DNA from: Pavona decussata
Lineage: Eukaryota
Assembly (NCBI GenBank): GCA_977016875.1
Contig: CDRNST010000067.1
Coordinates: 620,001-684,000, forward strand
Reading direction: 5' to 3'
Length of the DNA stretch: 64,000 nt
Shown here: one piece after another, positions 1 through 13,695 of the stretch
Numbering within the stretch: the first letter of the stretch is position 1
How the letters are laid out: each line of letters begins with the position of its first letter
The notes under the pieces: generated by a model
What the model was told of the DNA's origin: nothing
Seen by the model: the letters and a program-made list of their open reading frames with translations, nothing else
The model's database searches: none
Made by a program: the position numbers and the translations under genes

Positions 1-3000
1 ATTTCAACATGGTATATGTTGAACTTGATAAGCGTAACTTAAAACAGGATAATAAAAGAAGCTTGCTTATACTGTAAACAGTGCTTTGTATAAAATCACT
101 GGTCAGTGAAGGTAGATGTTGTACCATTGTCTAATTTTGCACGTTTCGCTGATGGGTGCTGTTCTTGACATTAGTCATATTGTGAAATTGTGTCAACAGC
201 ATTTGGGTGTGTCACATTGCGGTACGCACCATTGTACCTTTCCAGAGTTATCCCCAGCTTCTGGAGGGCCATCAGGAATATTGTTATTTCTTCTTCTGTG
301 AGTGTTTCACTGTCCTGTTTCATGAAGAATGTCACCTGACATGCCAAAAAAAAAATATGTCAATTGCTTGTGAGAAGAATTTTATTAAAAAAAAAAGCAA
401 AACAAATAGTGGCCATCTGGCTTGTACAATAATTATATTTGGCACAAACAATGCGGCTTAAAAGATCAAACTCCAAAGAACCTGAAAGAAGTTGTTGTTG
501 CGACACAAAATGAACAAACCAACTAATCCGATCAGGAGTGAGCAATTTTGCCCTCAGTGAAAGGAAAATTAAGAACAAATGCCTTCTATTTTAACCAACC
601 AGCACTAAGAAATTTTGCGCTCTATTTCTTTTCCATAATGTGATACCTACAGGACATTAATTGACCCTTAAGGTCTAAATTTGCCACATTTTGAAATATT
701 TGGCAGTTAACTAGTATACTATGGTGTTACTGACATGTTATTAAGTTTCATTGGATGCAATTTCTTTTCAATAAATGAGAGGCGATGATTTAAGTAATGT
801 TAATATTTTGTAACAGGGATTAAGGTAATGATTGTGATCATTGATTACATGAGTAAAAGTAAGTAAATGGAGATTTTACATAAAATGTTATTTTAAGTGT
901 CTTCATATTGACTGCTACCTTCCCTCTTTTCCTACCAAAAAAAAAAAAATTAAGTTACATGTTTCAAGGACATTTGGCACTTCCTTTGTTTTTAGCATGT
1001 TTAATTGTGCCAAGGTTTTTGTGCTCCAAGGCAGTAACTGTCATCAGCAGTTTTTGTTTCCCGCCATCGTGACGACATTTGCTTAAGTTGTTCAGCTTTG
1101 AGGCACTTACATACTTCCCAGGGTACGTTAACACCATTTGTTGCAGTTTTGCGTCATTGCTTTGAGGTGTGAACGTGTTGGAAGAAGCAACCAGTGGTGA
1201 TGAGATCTGTCCATCCTTTATGTCGCGACCAGCCAGAAGAGCTGTGTGCTCAATGCAGAGTCCAATCATGCTGATGGATGCCTGTTGTACTGTTTCTGGA
1301 ATCGTTTTTGGCAACATTTGGAACAACACTGGAAGGGGGTGGACTTGTGAAAGTGCATGTAATGGCAGTGCCAGGGGTAGGTATTGTCCTTTGGCCTTGG
1401 AGAAAAGGGCTGTAAGGAATAAAATTTATTATAATAATGATGGCTTTGTTTTTCTGTTGTTTTAAACATATTTTCCTTACAATTCATTTTCTTTACTAGC
1501 ATAGAATTTTGATTTCAATATGGCCTATGCATGAGGGAATCCGTTCCAGACAGTCTCCTCTCTGTTTATGTCGGTAGCCATTTGAAAGTATAGTAAGAAG
1601 GTAATGAATGATCTTCCAAAATTGTTTTTTAACATTAAAGGTCTAACTTATGGTATTATGTACAATATTGAGACTTTCCATTGCCTGTAAAAGATTACTA
1701 TTGGAAGTTAATATGGGGCTGAATTGTTGACTTACCGCAAATGAAAGGATCCTCTAAACACTCTTTCTCTAACATTGCTTGGCATAAATCATATGCAGCG
1801 AGGTATGTTCTGTTTTCATCAGTAATTTAAAGGTCATACAGATTTGGTTTTGTGGAGGTCTGGCTTGAGCCTTTCAGAATTTGAATGATGATATCCTCTG
1901 GTTAAAGAAAACACATAAATCTTAGTTGTTTGTTACTTCTCATATTTCTTGCAAAGATACAGTGTGATTCTGTTTTGTAAGAGAGGTTACTCAACATGTG
2001 ACGGTGAATGGTCGTGGTTATTTGAAGCATGTACTTTTCAAAATATGACAAGAACCACTTACTAAAAATGAAAATGCTAGAAAGAATTATATAACAGATG
2101 TACAGTACTGCCTGCATGAATGGCAGCATTACACGCTTGCTTATGCTTGGAAATCCACCATATTGTGTGTCCGAGTATAAAAACATCAAAATGGTAATGC
2201 TCTTCTTGTGGCTAGTACAGTATTATCTAAGACTGAACCAAAAACTACCCTTGTCTGAGGTGTGTTGCTTGTTTTTCAGCAACCTCTTCATTTTTTTCTT
2301 CTTATAATTTGGAATTTGTTATGCCACTATATAGCCATAAATTATGCTTTGTTAAATGATAACTCTGCAGTAACTTTTAAAATGTTCAATAGATATGCTT
2401 GTTAAGTTTAAATTATTGGTAAGAGCAGCTAATTACCAAGATGGGTGGTGAAATTCTCCGCTGCTTCCTTGTGTTCTTGGTTTGCCGATATCTCCAGTGA
2501 AGCAAATGGTTTGAAGACTGGCTTGGGAAATCTCCAGAGGAACCATGATGCAAGACCTTTATCTACATTGCTTTTATCCACAATGAGTGGCGCTGCTGTG
2601 GTCGGCTGTGTCATGCCACACAGTGTAAGGCATGTACGTGGCATATTGAAGTTGGCATTTCCTGCCACTATAAAGGGAAACAATATGTTTTTAGAGAAAG
2701 AGCTTTTATCGCTGTTATATTTCATGAAAGGACACATAAAGTTCTCCCTGTACTACAACTTGGACACAAAAGGGTATTGAATCAAGTTCAAATTTACATG
2801 CAACATGATATTAGTTGACCTTCTTGGCATTGAATTTCTTTTTCATAATATAATAACCCACAACTACATTGCCAAACATGGACTGTGGCAATATTGATAC
2901 AATGTGTAATGTTTAGGTTACAGTATGCTGACACTGGATTATCTCCTATGCAGGATTACGTTGACAAGAAATGTGGTTTGAAATGTGGGAGGAGTGTTGC

Positions 3001-3572
3001 ATGATTACATTAGAAAGACTAGATTGTATGTGCTTATCGTTGTAAATGATAAAATAATTAATGAACGAATGAAATTTACAGTAAAACTTAAGAACTGATA
3101 CACAATCTTAAAATTATTTTAAATACAGTCATTGACTCGCTGGTTTGCCTTGTCCATGCTGTGGCACTGAATAGTTCCAACAATTTTGTAAACTCATCCC
3201 TTTGCACTGCTGTATAAGTTAACTTGTAACAACCAAGTTGTAAGTTCATCGTATAGTCCAAATATCTTGCAGTCATTTTGGGACATTATTTCCCCATCTT
3301 TTCAAACGTTTTGTCACTGAGGAACCATTCCTTCATTTCATATTCTTCTTTCTCCAAGTTTTGACGCACATTTTTCAGGATATCCAGCATGTACTTGTAA
3401 ACTGCGGATTTATTAGCTCCTTAAAAAAAAAGAAATGTAATTAACAATCTTTTAATTTGAAGGTCCTAGTTAAGCCAATTATATCAAATGTAACAGGTTA
3501 ATATATAATTTAAACTAACACGTTTGTTATGATGAGATGTGCATAAACTTATTTTCTTTGTCTTTGATTTCT

Positions 3573-3833
3573 GGGGAGCAGGGATGGCACAGTGGCGAGA
3601 GCACTTGCCTCCCACCACCGGGTTCGATTCCCAGACTCGATGTCATATGCGGTTGAGTTCGTTGTTCGTTATTGTCCTTTTGAGGGTTTTCCTCCGGGTT
3701 CTGCGGTTTTCCTCCCTCCACAAAAACCAACATTTCCAAATTCCAATTCAATCTGGAATCCGAGGGCCACAGGTTTGGCAGTTGTGAGACTGTTAGGTGT
3801 CACCGTTGTTAAACAAAGTTGATTGTTAGTTAT
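3573..3833 (+). mobile_element. tRNA-derived SINE
   Basis: GGGGAGCAGGGATGGCACAGTGG (A box) and GGTTCGATTCC (B box), followed by the body GAGGGTTTTCCTCCGGGTTCTGCGGTTTTCCTCCCTCCACAAAAACCAAC, typical of abundant cnidarian SINEs. Lies in an intron. Confidence 0.85.
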
Positions 3834-4171
3834 TGTGCAATCCATTGTCACTAGCAGAGGGAAATGAAATTTGCAAAATTAAGGTCATTGTTATAAACAG
3901 GGCATGCCAAAAGTAAACATTTGAGGCAAACACCTCACAAAACCATTAAGATTAAGGTAGAAACAAATATCCTTTCAATAAGAGAAAAAACTTCACAGGA
4001 AAAACACAAACTTTTTTCATAAAACGTGCTTTTAATTGTGCATGCCACTGGCTAGAGGACATGATTGTTATAGCACAACTCAATTATTGTTGTGGTATAG
4101 CGATGGAGGTTAGCTTGTTCTTAGATCTTTAAGATCTTAGATCTTTAGTCTTTCTGAGGTTGATTATGGAA

Positions 4172-4499
4172 CAGGGCTATACATAGCAGGGGGCAGCTGT
4201 CCCCGCCAGGAAAACTGAATTTCTGTTAACATGGTGTTTGAGTTTGCTGAGCCATTTCTTTTAGTTGCATTGGCCGAAATCACAAGAAAATTGACTACTA
4301 GATTGAAAAGTTCTCTCTTCAATGTGAATTCAGTGTGTTTTGTTTTCCTTCAAGGTCTTAGAGGCAACTCTTTGTGTAGGGGTGAAACAAAAAATTCCAG
4401 TTAGAAATCCTATTTGTATATCGGAGACCACTGTGAGAGGTGTGGGATTTTCCCCCTCCCCCTCCCCCTAGACGGAAAAAAATCGTACTGGCTGCCCTG
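4172..4499. mobile_element. Non-autonomous hAT-like MITE with 5-bp TSD (hAT5-like)
   Basis: Ends CAGGGC...GCCCTG, flanked on both sides by TGGAA (4167-4171, 4500-4504). Only 6 bp of TIR match. Confidence 0.45.
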
Positions 4500-4522
4500 T
4501 GGAAACAACGGCCATTATCAAT

Positions 4523-4836
4523 CAGTTGAATTGAAACGCTTTCAATTGGTTATTATGATTAGTGGTGACAGAGTAGTGTCGTGCAAAATAAATGATTAGG
4601 ACATAAAAAATAATGTGGTTTTCGTGATCACGATTTGTGTGTACAGGGATGTGTTCCCCGGCGGAATTTAGTTGAATTGAATCACTTTATTTCAATTGGT
4701 TAGTATGATTTGTGGTGAGAGTAACTAGTTGTGCATGTAAATTTTAGGTTAATTAATCACAAAATAGGTGATGATTACAACTTCAAAAATAATGTGGTTT
4801 TTAATAATCACGATTTGTGTGCACCGGGATGTGTTA
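4523..4836. repeat. Two-copy imperfect tandem duplication (~135-165 bp)
   Basis: AGTTGAATTGAA...TTCAATTGGTTA...AATAATGTGGTTTT...ATCACGATTTGTGTG...GGGATGTGTT occurs twice. Confidence 0.7.
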
Positions 4837-7460
4837 ACTGCACGAGGGTTTAGTAGCCTTCAATTACATGTATCTAGAATTTGTTAGTTACCAAACGGTC
4901 AACAAGTCACTCTCAGTTAACATTGAACAGTATCAGATATATAAATGGAAGAAAGGGTAACTTCTGGTTATAGACATGTCAAACCAGTCGCAACGTTTGT
5001 CTGTTTTCATATTCCCTTGCATTCTGTTGGACTTAAATTTTATCAAAAACAACCTCGTATTTTTTTTTTCGAATTGAGCTTCTTCCTGCAGTTCTCTGAA
5101 TTCTTCAGTGCCACAACGATCTTTGTAATTGACTTTTATGTCGGAATTCCAGTTAATAGGGGTTTTTCGCTAAAATAACTGCCAAAGCTTGAGAAGACTA
5201 TACTGTTGCAGTCCTCTATGTTTCCGTGAAGTTTTGAGACTCGTATTCTACCCAACATCTTGGTTATTAGAGGCAAGCGCAACCTGGGAAGAGTGCCCAA
5301 ACTACCGAGGGGACCACTGAGGGGTGCATTGAGTCAAGTTGAGTGAGTCTTTTTAATGTAAAATGAAGGAGTGCTATATGCAAAGGAAATCACAATGGCG
5401 TGACACCTGCATTCATTTGTTTAAGCGTTTTTCTCCGGCATAGTAAATTGAAAGTTCAGAAATTGAACTCAATCGAGTTCCGCAAATCGACCTCTGGTAA
5501 CACCTCATCGTAAAAAGTGGCGCAACCAATAATGTTAAATACACGAAAGAATTTAGTTATGGGCGACACGGTAGTTCTCGTTGAAAATATACAAAGGCTT
5601 TAAACTGGAATCAGGCGATTGTGGAAATCGGACGAATTTTGCAACCCAAAGTAAATGCTTGTTTCGTTTACAAAAAGTTTGAGAGTGTATCTGTACGTAG
5701 GTTTCTCATTGCTTTTATATTTTTCGACAGCACGGCCTTTCTTGTCAGTTTCCTTTAAAACTTTTAAATCTTCGCTCTCCCCAAAGTCAAAGCGCCAGTC
5801 CTGGTAGCCTTTTACTATGCTTTTAAAACAAGCAACCCACAGCGCATCTCAACTAATGAATTGCGGTCGATTCGCCTGCGAAATGTTTCGCCAACAGATA
5901 ATTAGCGAACATCCTAAGCAGTTTACTAATGAGTTATGTGATTCGCTCGTCGCAATGATGGTTTAAAGGACGTGAAAGATTTTTGTTTAAGTAATTCGGC
6001 GGCTCACTAGTTATGGTTAGTGTTGACTGAGAATGAGACAGGTATAGCTAACTGACCTAAGACATTAGCGAACTGGCTGTTGGCGAAACAACTCGTAAGT
6101 GAAACGACCGGTTACTGAACCAATTTCTCAGCTACAAGAAACACGCGCCACACTCCCGGGTATACTGTTGTTACTCAAGCCTCCAAGAACCTGCTATTGA
6201 AATTCAAAATCATTTTCACAAAAATCAAGAGTTGGAAAGTGGAACATTCAATTGAGTTCGATCTCCATGTATCAGCCATCGCTCAATTTGGTTTTTCATG
6301 AAAACTACTCATGATAAAACAAGAACTCACCTGTGGGCATTCCAATGGCAAGCCATAGTACCCCGGGCTCTCTCCACATCGTGTCTGGCACCTGAACTTC
6401 AGCGTGCGCCATTGCGAACGACAGCAATCCTTGCACCGCCACGAGCACTGCTAAGGAGGGAACGCTGAGTAAGTTGGCGACTGCTTTGCAACCCTGGAAT
6501 TATCAAGACTCACATTAAGCATGCGCCAAAAATGATAAAAGGGAATTCTATTTGAACGGTTCTGAAGATTTTCTGTATACTTACTTTGCTAACATGCTCA
6601 GGAAGCAAGGTGCAGTCAAAGTCCCTTTTCCAGCATTTTCTTAACTGGTCTTTAAGATCACCGTGACCGCAAGTAGAGTAAGCCATCTCTAAATGAAAGA
6701 AACCAGCAATTACACTGTTTCTGGCCGTTTTAAAGATTTTTTGTGTAGTCTTTGTTATGAACATGAATGTATGAAGTAAAGAATAAGCTTCTCTGTATGA
6801 ATTCAAAAGAAAGCGTCTAGTGCGGTTATCGTAGGTAGTTTTTAACCTATTATTTTCCTCTCTGTCTCTTCATTATCCGGTTGTTTTCATTGGATGTTTG
6901 GCTCGCTGCTTTGTGTAGAAACGGGCGGTAATTTTTGTTTACAGAAACGTGTAATAATTAGGTATGCGAGATGATATGTTCAATTGTTATTGCATTGTTT
7001 CTTTAAATTAGAGACATGACTTGGCAGTTTGATGTTTCGATTATTTATTACGAACGTGTGGTCATGACATAATTGAAATGCGTGTTGGTTTTGCTTACGG
7101 GAAAAATGGTACAGTATAACTTAAAGAATTATTGAAATCAAAAGTAAGCATATTTTAGGAATTTTTGAATAATGGTCGCCTGGTGTGCTGACTGGTTCCG
7201 GTAGCTCGTTTAGCGGTCATACTAATAGATAAGCCATTTTAAAGAGTACTGCATATTAAACATCTCATTTGACACAATTGTTTTATTGCGAAAATTCTTT
7301 AATATTAGTTTTTCAGAACAACAGGAGAAGGAAAAAGTTGAAGAAATGTCAAGAATATAAAATGATTTATACAACAACGTTAACGGTTTGAATGTCGAAG
7401 TCGAAGGGGGAAACATGAATAAAAGTGTTTACCGTAAATTTAAAAACGGGACATGTTTCC

Positions 7461-8510
7461 TCAACTACAATAAGACATAAAATCAAGGTCCAGACTAAAA
7501 TTAGGTAGTTCTAGTTCTGTAACACTGTCCTTGTCGTCTGCCAGCATCTCAACATCTTGCGAATGTTCAAAAAGTTTTGAGCATTCCTCCACCTCTTCTT
7601 TCTCGTACTCTGTTAAAGGTTCCAGGGTGGTAGCGGGTTTTCTTGACAGGTACCTGACATGGGATGATTGCTGTCTGAAAAAGGACGCCTTGTCTTTTAT
7701 AAGCCACTGAAGTATTCTCTCCTCTTCACTGTCCCCGGGGAAGTTGGATGGTGATACCACAAACACTGATCTTGAAACAAAATATCTTGTTCGAAGGCTT
7801 CTTTTTATGTAGGAGAGGCTGTAGAATGTCACTTCGCTATTGCCATCAGCGAGTTCAATGTTGGTTGTACGATATATCAAACTCCATCGTCTTTCGCAGT
7901 TCCTCTTTAATCGAACAAACTCTTCCTTGGATACTTTTTGAAATGGCACGTGCATGTGTTTCAACTGTTGTTTCAGAGAACTGGAGAGATCAACGATGGT
8001 TTCGCAATTGTCAGTGTGGTTGTGTCACTCGGCGACAATTGTGAATGGGAGGTGTGTACATTGAAATGACTTTAAAACAATAAGAATGAATAATTTATGC
8101 AGCTCTAAACTTGAGATCTCTGGTTGTTTATGTATGGTTGTGAATGGAGTCACTATGTTGGGAGAATTACTGAAAGGCTTCTCCGATTATGGTGTGGTAA
8201 GGAGAAAAAATTTTTTCGTAAATGTCATTCCTAAAGTTTTACCTAATTTCGTAGCCCAACTTTTAAAGTTTGCATCTCGCGGGCAAAAAGGAAAGCGGTC
8301 TAGCGAATGTGGATCACCAGAGCCGGAACACGGTGACGTGTTAGGAAGTTTATCATCCAACTTGACAACCCTTTTTTCCTTATGCTCAAAGAGCAACTTG
8401 GAGCGAGTATAAGGAGCACAACACCATAAAGGCTCTTGTTGGAATTAGCACCTCTGACTATTTCAGCTTTCTGTCTAAGTTTTGGACTGGAAGTACTAGC
8501 GACAGAAAAA
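7461..8510 (-). pseudogene. Unknown intronless ORF, fragmented
   Basis: ORFs 7461-7964 (167 aa, acidic C-terminus) and 8187-8396 are co-oriented and protein-like. No family recognised. Confidence 0.35.
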
Positions 8511-8789
8511 TCACCCAGGAACGTGGACTGGTAAAATTTGATTTCTCATAACATTTTCACATACCTTATTTCCCTGAATAAGCACCCAGGCCCTTACTTT
8601 AAATTTCGGCAAAGGGGGCGGGGGGGTACTGAAAGGGCGGTATTAGGGTTCCCAAAGTTTAAAAGACAATGATAATTCCTAACTTTATTCTAAGAAAATA
8701 GCAGTAAGAAGCACCACTTTACTTTGTAGACATTACACTCAGATCCATTCTTATTAGGTAAGCACTATAATAATATTTCAATAAAGCAC

Positions 8790-10810
8790 TTTATTAGCCA
8801 CAAAATCCACTCGTCAGATTGCTAGAGTGCGAATCCATGTTGAAAGGGCCATAGAAAATTGAAAGACTTCAAGATATTTCAAGGGAAATTCCTTCGACGC
8901 TGGTCCCCACTTGCTGACCTCCATCACAACTACAAGTAGCAGGAATTGTCATATCATTGTTACAAAACTGACAATAATGCTGTGTGGCAGTTTCCATAAT
9001 TATGAAAGGGATTTTATCGTGATTTTACACCAAGTATAGTTGCAAGGAATAGTATTCAGTAAATATGAAAATTCATATCGTGAGCTAAGAACATCATGTA
9101 TACAGAGCCTTTGACAGTGTGTAGCAAAGACAATAACATGATTTGCATGTGCATGTAAGACATGCCCATATTTTCCTGCATGGAAAACCCTGGAAATGTG
9201 AAAGTTGTGTATTTTTGCCATTCCAATTCAATTTTCAGTGAACTATATCATGACAATGGCTATGGTTAAACCATGTGCTCAAGTGATATATCAAGTGAAG
9301 TATGCTGCAGAATATGAGAAGGCCTGTGTTAACATGAACACAATATGTGTGAAGTTATTTACAGCAAAAAAATTAATCTTGTCAAACCTTGTAATAAAAC
9401 ATATGATTAAGGAATAACCTGTGGCCTTATTTCACTTAAAATTTTAATTTTCCAGTGAGAAGCTCTGGCACCATAAACTTAGCAAAAATCAAGTGTAACT
9501 TTTGCGGCATTCGCAGCCAAAACTCTTTGTCAAATTCCACAGGAACAATTAAAATGCCTTTGTTTGTATAAACTACAAGATCAGTCGCATAAATTCCAGA
9601 AATTACCATCTGGCCCCCTGGATTTGGTAATACCAGGAAGTTTTTTCCTTCAGCTTGAAGCCCTTAGATGTTTTTAGCAACTTGTCTGAAGCTGCAACTC
9701 CAGGCAACATATTCTGCTTAGCAAAGAAACTCTTGCACTCCACTAATGTTTTACCATGACATGCACAGTAGAAAACGCGATCTGGGCTAGCACCAAGAAA
9801 AGGCCACTTCTGATTAATAACAAGGCCAGATTCAAGGAGGCTTAGTTCCTTGTGCTTCTGTGTATTTTTTTTTTTTTAAATAAAGTTCTGAAGCAGCAAT
9901 TTCCTTTTCATGTCCCCACTCTAGCTGCTCAGGTATATGCTCCATTGGACAGTAGTTCATTAATAGTTTAACAATGTTTGATTTGTCTGTTTCTCTCATG
10001 TGGCATACTCTGTAAAAGTGTGAAGCTGTTATGCGGCCTGATCGCTGATCAAACCAGAACTGGTGACTTCCTTGACGCACTGTTTTTGAACAAATCACAT
10101 CACAATGATTTTCATCAACAAACAGGAAATTCATAAATGACTCGACAATCTCTTCAGAAATATCTGTATTCCCATCAATGTTGTTCTCACATTTAAAAAT
10201 GTTTGTATAGTTTATTCTTTCATAGTGTGAACAGAAACATTTGCTACAGTTTCAAATCTCTCAACATTGCTATCATTACTAATGTGTTCCATCACTAATG
10301 GTTCTGGTATGAGTGGATCTTCTGGCTTTGGCAGAAACTGAATGGCCACAGACTGAGGGTTTAATTGCTAAAGACCCCTTCTCAGCATCTCTTTCATTCA
10401 GCTGGGATCAAACGTTGAATGCCCAGGATCGAAATTATTAGGCTTTACAGGATCCTATTCAGCCTTGACAAACTCTGCTTTAACAATCTATAAGTCCTTT
10501 AATGGAGTAGCAAACTGACTGTTTCCACTTCTTTTCTTCCACTCGCATTTGCCAGAAGTACATGTGTTCATCAAATTATTGGTTACAGTGGCCTGGAGGT
10601 CAAAAAACATCGCAGCTACATGTCTACAGCAACCATCACTTCCACCTTTACAGGAGTAAAAAGCTGCATAGACCTCTCCACTGGATTTTAAAATGATGAA
10701 TCCATTGTAGGTGGCCTGTTCGTCGTCCGCTTTTGCTCTCTGAGTGGGCTTAACTTTAAATTTGAAGAAACAAAAAGTTGTTTTTTTCCAGGGGACAATA
10801 TGCGAACTCA
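8790..10810. mobile_element. ISL2EU (PIF/Harbinger group) transposon remnant
   Basis: A plus-strand DDE_Tnp_4-type C-terminus (TRQIARVRIHVERAI..KDFKIFQG, ~8810-8920) converges on a minus-strand SWIM+YqaJ gene, the two-gene ISL2EU layout. Confidence 0.75.
9455..10810 (-). pseudogene. SWIM zinc finger + YqaJ-like (lambda exonuclease) protein
   Basis: Motifs SCKGGSDGCCRHVAA, TCTSGKCEW, WFDQRSGRITAS, LEWGHEKE, ESGLVINQKWPFLGASPD, VECKS, WYYQIQG. Frameshifts present. Confidence 0.85.
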
Positions 10811-13695
10811 GGTATCTGTAGAAATTGTCGTGGTAAACACCAAGCCGCCATCAAGCTAGAACTCTCTCCAAACATTCCGCTGCGCCAGGAGCAGAGAGAG
10901 GAGCAAATCTCAGCAGAACAGCCTATGGAGCTGGCTGACAGCGCGGTTGCTGAGTCGCACGCCCACGTGCGATTTCAGTTACCGCCAGAAGAAACACCAA
11001 GCGAGGTATTGTGTACTGCATCAGCTATTTTTTTTATCTAGTTGTCGTAACGCTTTGGTCTTTTACAAAACGAAACGGTCTTAGAAAATTTCTTATGTTT
11101 GTTTGAAATGCGGAATGCGTGTGTTCAGTTTCAACCAAGTGATTAGCTGAATATGAACTCTCCCAGGGGTGGGTGGGAGGAGTACTCCGACGGGAAGGAT
11201 CATCCTAAGATTTAAAATTCGTGGTTTGGTACTCCTTAGGCTGCTGAAATCTTAAGTAAATTGAGAGGTATTGTGGAACCTTTTAGAGTATTGAGCCGAA
11301 AAAGAGTAAGTTAATGTCAGTCAACTGCCACTTAGAGTATTGATTTAGTTTTGGGTCTTGTTTATATGGGTAAGAAATTGTTGAAACCACGCCCGCAAAA
11401 CATAATTCTGCTACCTTTAAAGTATTTTTTTTTGTTAATTACGGACGATCACCCCCGTAAATTTTATATTGGGGTCCCCCACCCCTTACCGGGCACTTGC
11501 AGGCATTTTATTATCACGGTATCACATTGCTTTGAATATTGCTCACTGGCAAGCCTGCAGAACAGGGGTTATCTATCTATTTATTTATTTATTTATTTAT
11601 ATATATATATTTTTGTTATTTCAGCCCGGTGACAACAACTCTGATGTGTTCTCCCTGTCGTCTCAAGGGTCAGCGCGGGACGCCGAGACCTCGCAGGAAT
11701 GGCAGCCGACGCCCCAGGTTGAGCAGAAGCTTCAGAACCTGAACACATTCCTCAGGAGAACATCGGACAGGAGCGTTAGTCCGGTGCGATCCCAGTGTAA
11801 GTCTGATGTACTTACTATCTCTACCTCCACACAGCGATATTACAGAAGAAAGGCTGAGCAGGTAGTGGCCGTCGCACTAGACACTATAGCCCCTGGCAAC
11901 TCCACGTGGCTGTTTGAGCAGGTGCGTGGCAGGAATGAGACGATCCAATCGATTTCAAGTGCAGGCGAAGGCACCTTAGTGTCTAGACTTGTCAGATGCT
12001 ATGAAGAGGCGGGATCTTGGTACAACAGGCAACAAATATTGTCCCTTTTTGTCAGCGACTATTCAAAGACAGAATTGCTAGAGCTTATTCCTGACCTCAC
12101 AAAGTGGAGGATCGATGAGGCAAGAAGGCATGCCTTCAAGAACAAGCCTGGTCAGGCCATCGATCCACCAACTCTGCAGAGGACTCAACTAGATCCTATT
12201 AAAGTCGATCACTTTCTTGATTTTATATCCAGCCCTTCGTTTCTCCAAGATGTGGCATATGGAACAAAACATCTCAAGTTATCAACTGGTGAAAGAATTG
12301 AAATCCCAAGTGTAGTGCGCACTGTCATCTCGTCTCGCGTAGTTCAACTGTACTTGAAATATTGCACCGAGTCTGGGTTTGAACCCATGAGAAGATCAAC
12401 ACTGTTTAGCATCATCAAGGTTAGCCTTCCAGTCACTATGTTTAGCAATAGTTATAATAGAGGTGTGTCACTGAATTGTCTAAATTTTTTCTCATCTTGA
12501 CCCAGGCACATACAATTGTTTGGCATGACAGCCTTATAATTTTTGCGCCGACACCACCAAGATAAATGACCTATAAACATAATAAAATATACAATATAAT
12601 GCCGCAAAGGAAAGTAACTGGCATCCTTGATCTCAGAAACTTGATTTGACTTCCTGTTACAGATATGCGCAGCGTCACAAAAGAAATTACTGGCTGGCCT
12701 AGACAGCACGCAAACCGACGGAGTCGATGCGCTCACTTCTCTTGAAGATACCATTCACCAGCTGCATCACCATGGTAGGCTAAGTTATGTTTGCAGCACA
12801 TTTCATTATTTGTTCGTTTTCCCTTTTTTTCATTGTGGTTTGTATCATCATAGCCCATGCCATCTAGACGGCATATGACGCATGAAACAATCTCATGTCT
12901 TTTCTGAGCGCGCCCTATTCAGAGGCTTGTGATACAAACTATTAACTCACTGGTACTTCTTTGATTTCTCTATCTCATTTCCTCAGGTCTAGACAGCGAG
13001 ACTTCAAGTTCTATCACACGTCGACTAAAAGCAGCAAAACAATATCTCAAGTCAGATTTCAAGATCCATATTTCTCAAGGGGCGCCCTGTGGGGACCACT
13101 GTAGCATATATGCCCTAAGCAGTGGACAGAGTGATCATTGTGGAACGTGCCAACATCAACACAATATCTGCTGTGATCGCTGTGACGACTTGAGGAATGT
13201 CATCGTTGATATCCAGTTAGCCGTGTCCTCCTCTGATGTACACTTCAGGTAATAATTGAAGAGTTTATCTCGCTACTTCTTGCATGATCATGAGTGATTC
13301 AGTACTCTATCAACACCACTTTTATAAAAGAGAGAACAATATAATTTTTTCTTTTAATGATTCCAACTCCACAGTGATCCACACAGACGAGAAGAGCTAA
13401 ATTATAATGTCGAGAGTGCTCTACCCAAGCTGGAAGAGTGGAAGGCGCACATCGTGCGGGCTGTTCACAAAGATGTTGCCAAATCCTTTGTGGTCGACCA
13501 TCTATCGGCCTGTCAAGTAATATTCATCATGGACTGGGCAATGAAGTTCCTCCCTACCAGTTTCAGAGAGACCCAGAGAGACTGGTTTGGGAAAAAGGGA
13601 AAATCGTGGCATGTGACGGTGGCAATCACAAAAGATGAGGCTAGCAATGACATTGAGGTACTTGTCTGCGTGTTATTTACTCAAATAAATGCCAC

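Larger units (their letters stand above)
171..6686 (-). pseudogene. Spliced DUF3987/YfjI-like P-loop protein gene, start to stop, disrupted
   Basis: Approximate exons: 6686-6585 (MAYSTCGH..), 6495-6331 (..MWREPGVLWLAIGMPT), 3419-3140 (GANKSAVY..WFLSDKTFEKMG..GLYDEL..LLELFSATAWTRQT), 2670-2437 (AGNANFNMPRTCLTLCGMTQP..DKGLASWFLWRFPKP), 1880-1736, 1410-975 (SKAKGQYLPLALPLHAL), 335-171 (..ISQYD*). The GT donor at 6330 and AG acceptor at 3421/3420 join a Walker-A-like GMPTG|ANKS. Two frameshifts in the 3419 exon and a stop in the ~1830 exon. Confidence 0.7.

Noticed and set aside
3527-3851. Four overlapping short ORFs
   Set aside because: Frames of the SINE.
4960-5260. Additional exon or ORF in the DUF3987 intron
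   Set aside because: Frameshifted, no recognisable motif, and the flanking exons join without it.
5860-6116. MITE with TTCGCC/GGCGAA motifs ending GAAACGACCGGTTAC
   Set aside because: Probably a repeat remnant, but the left end and TSD could not be defined.
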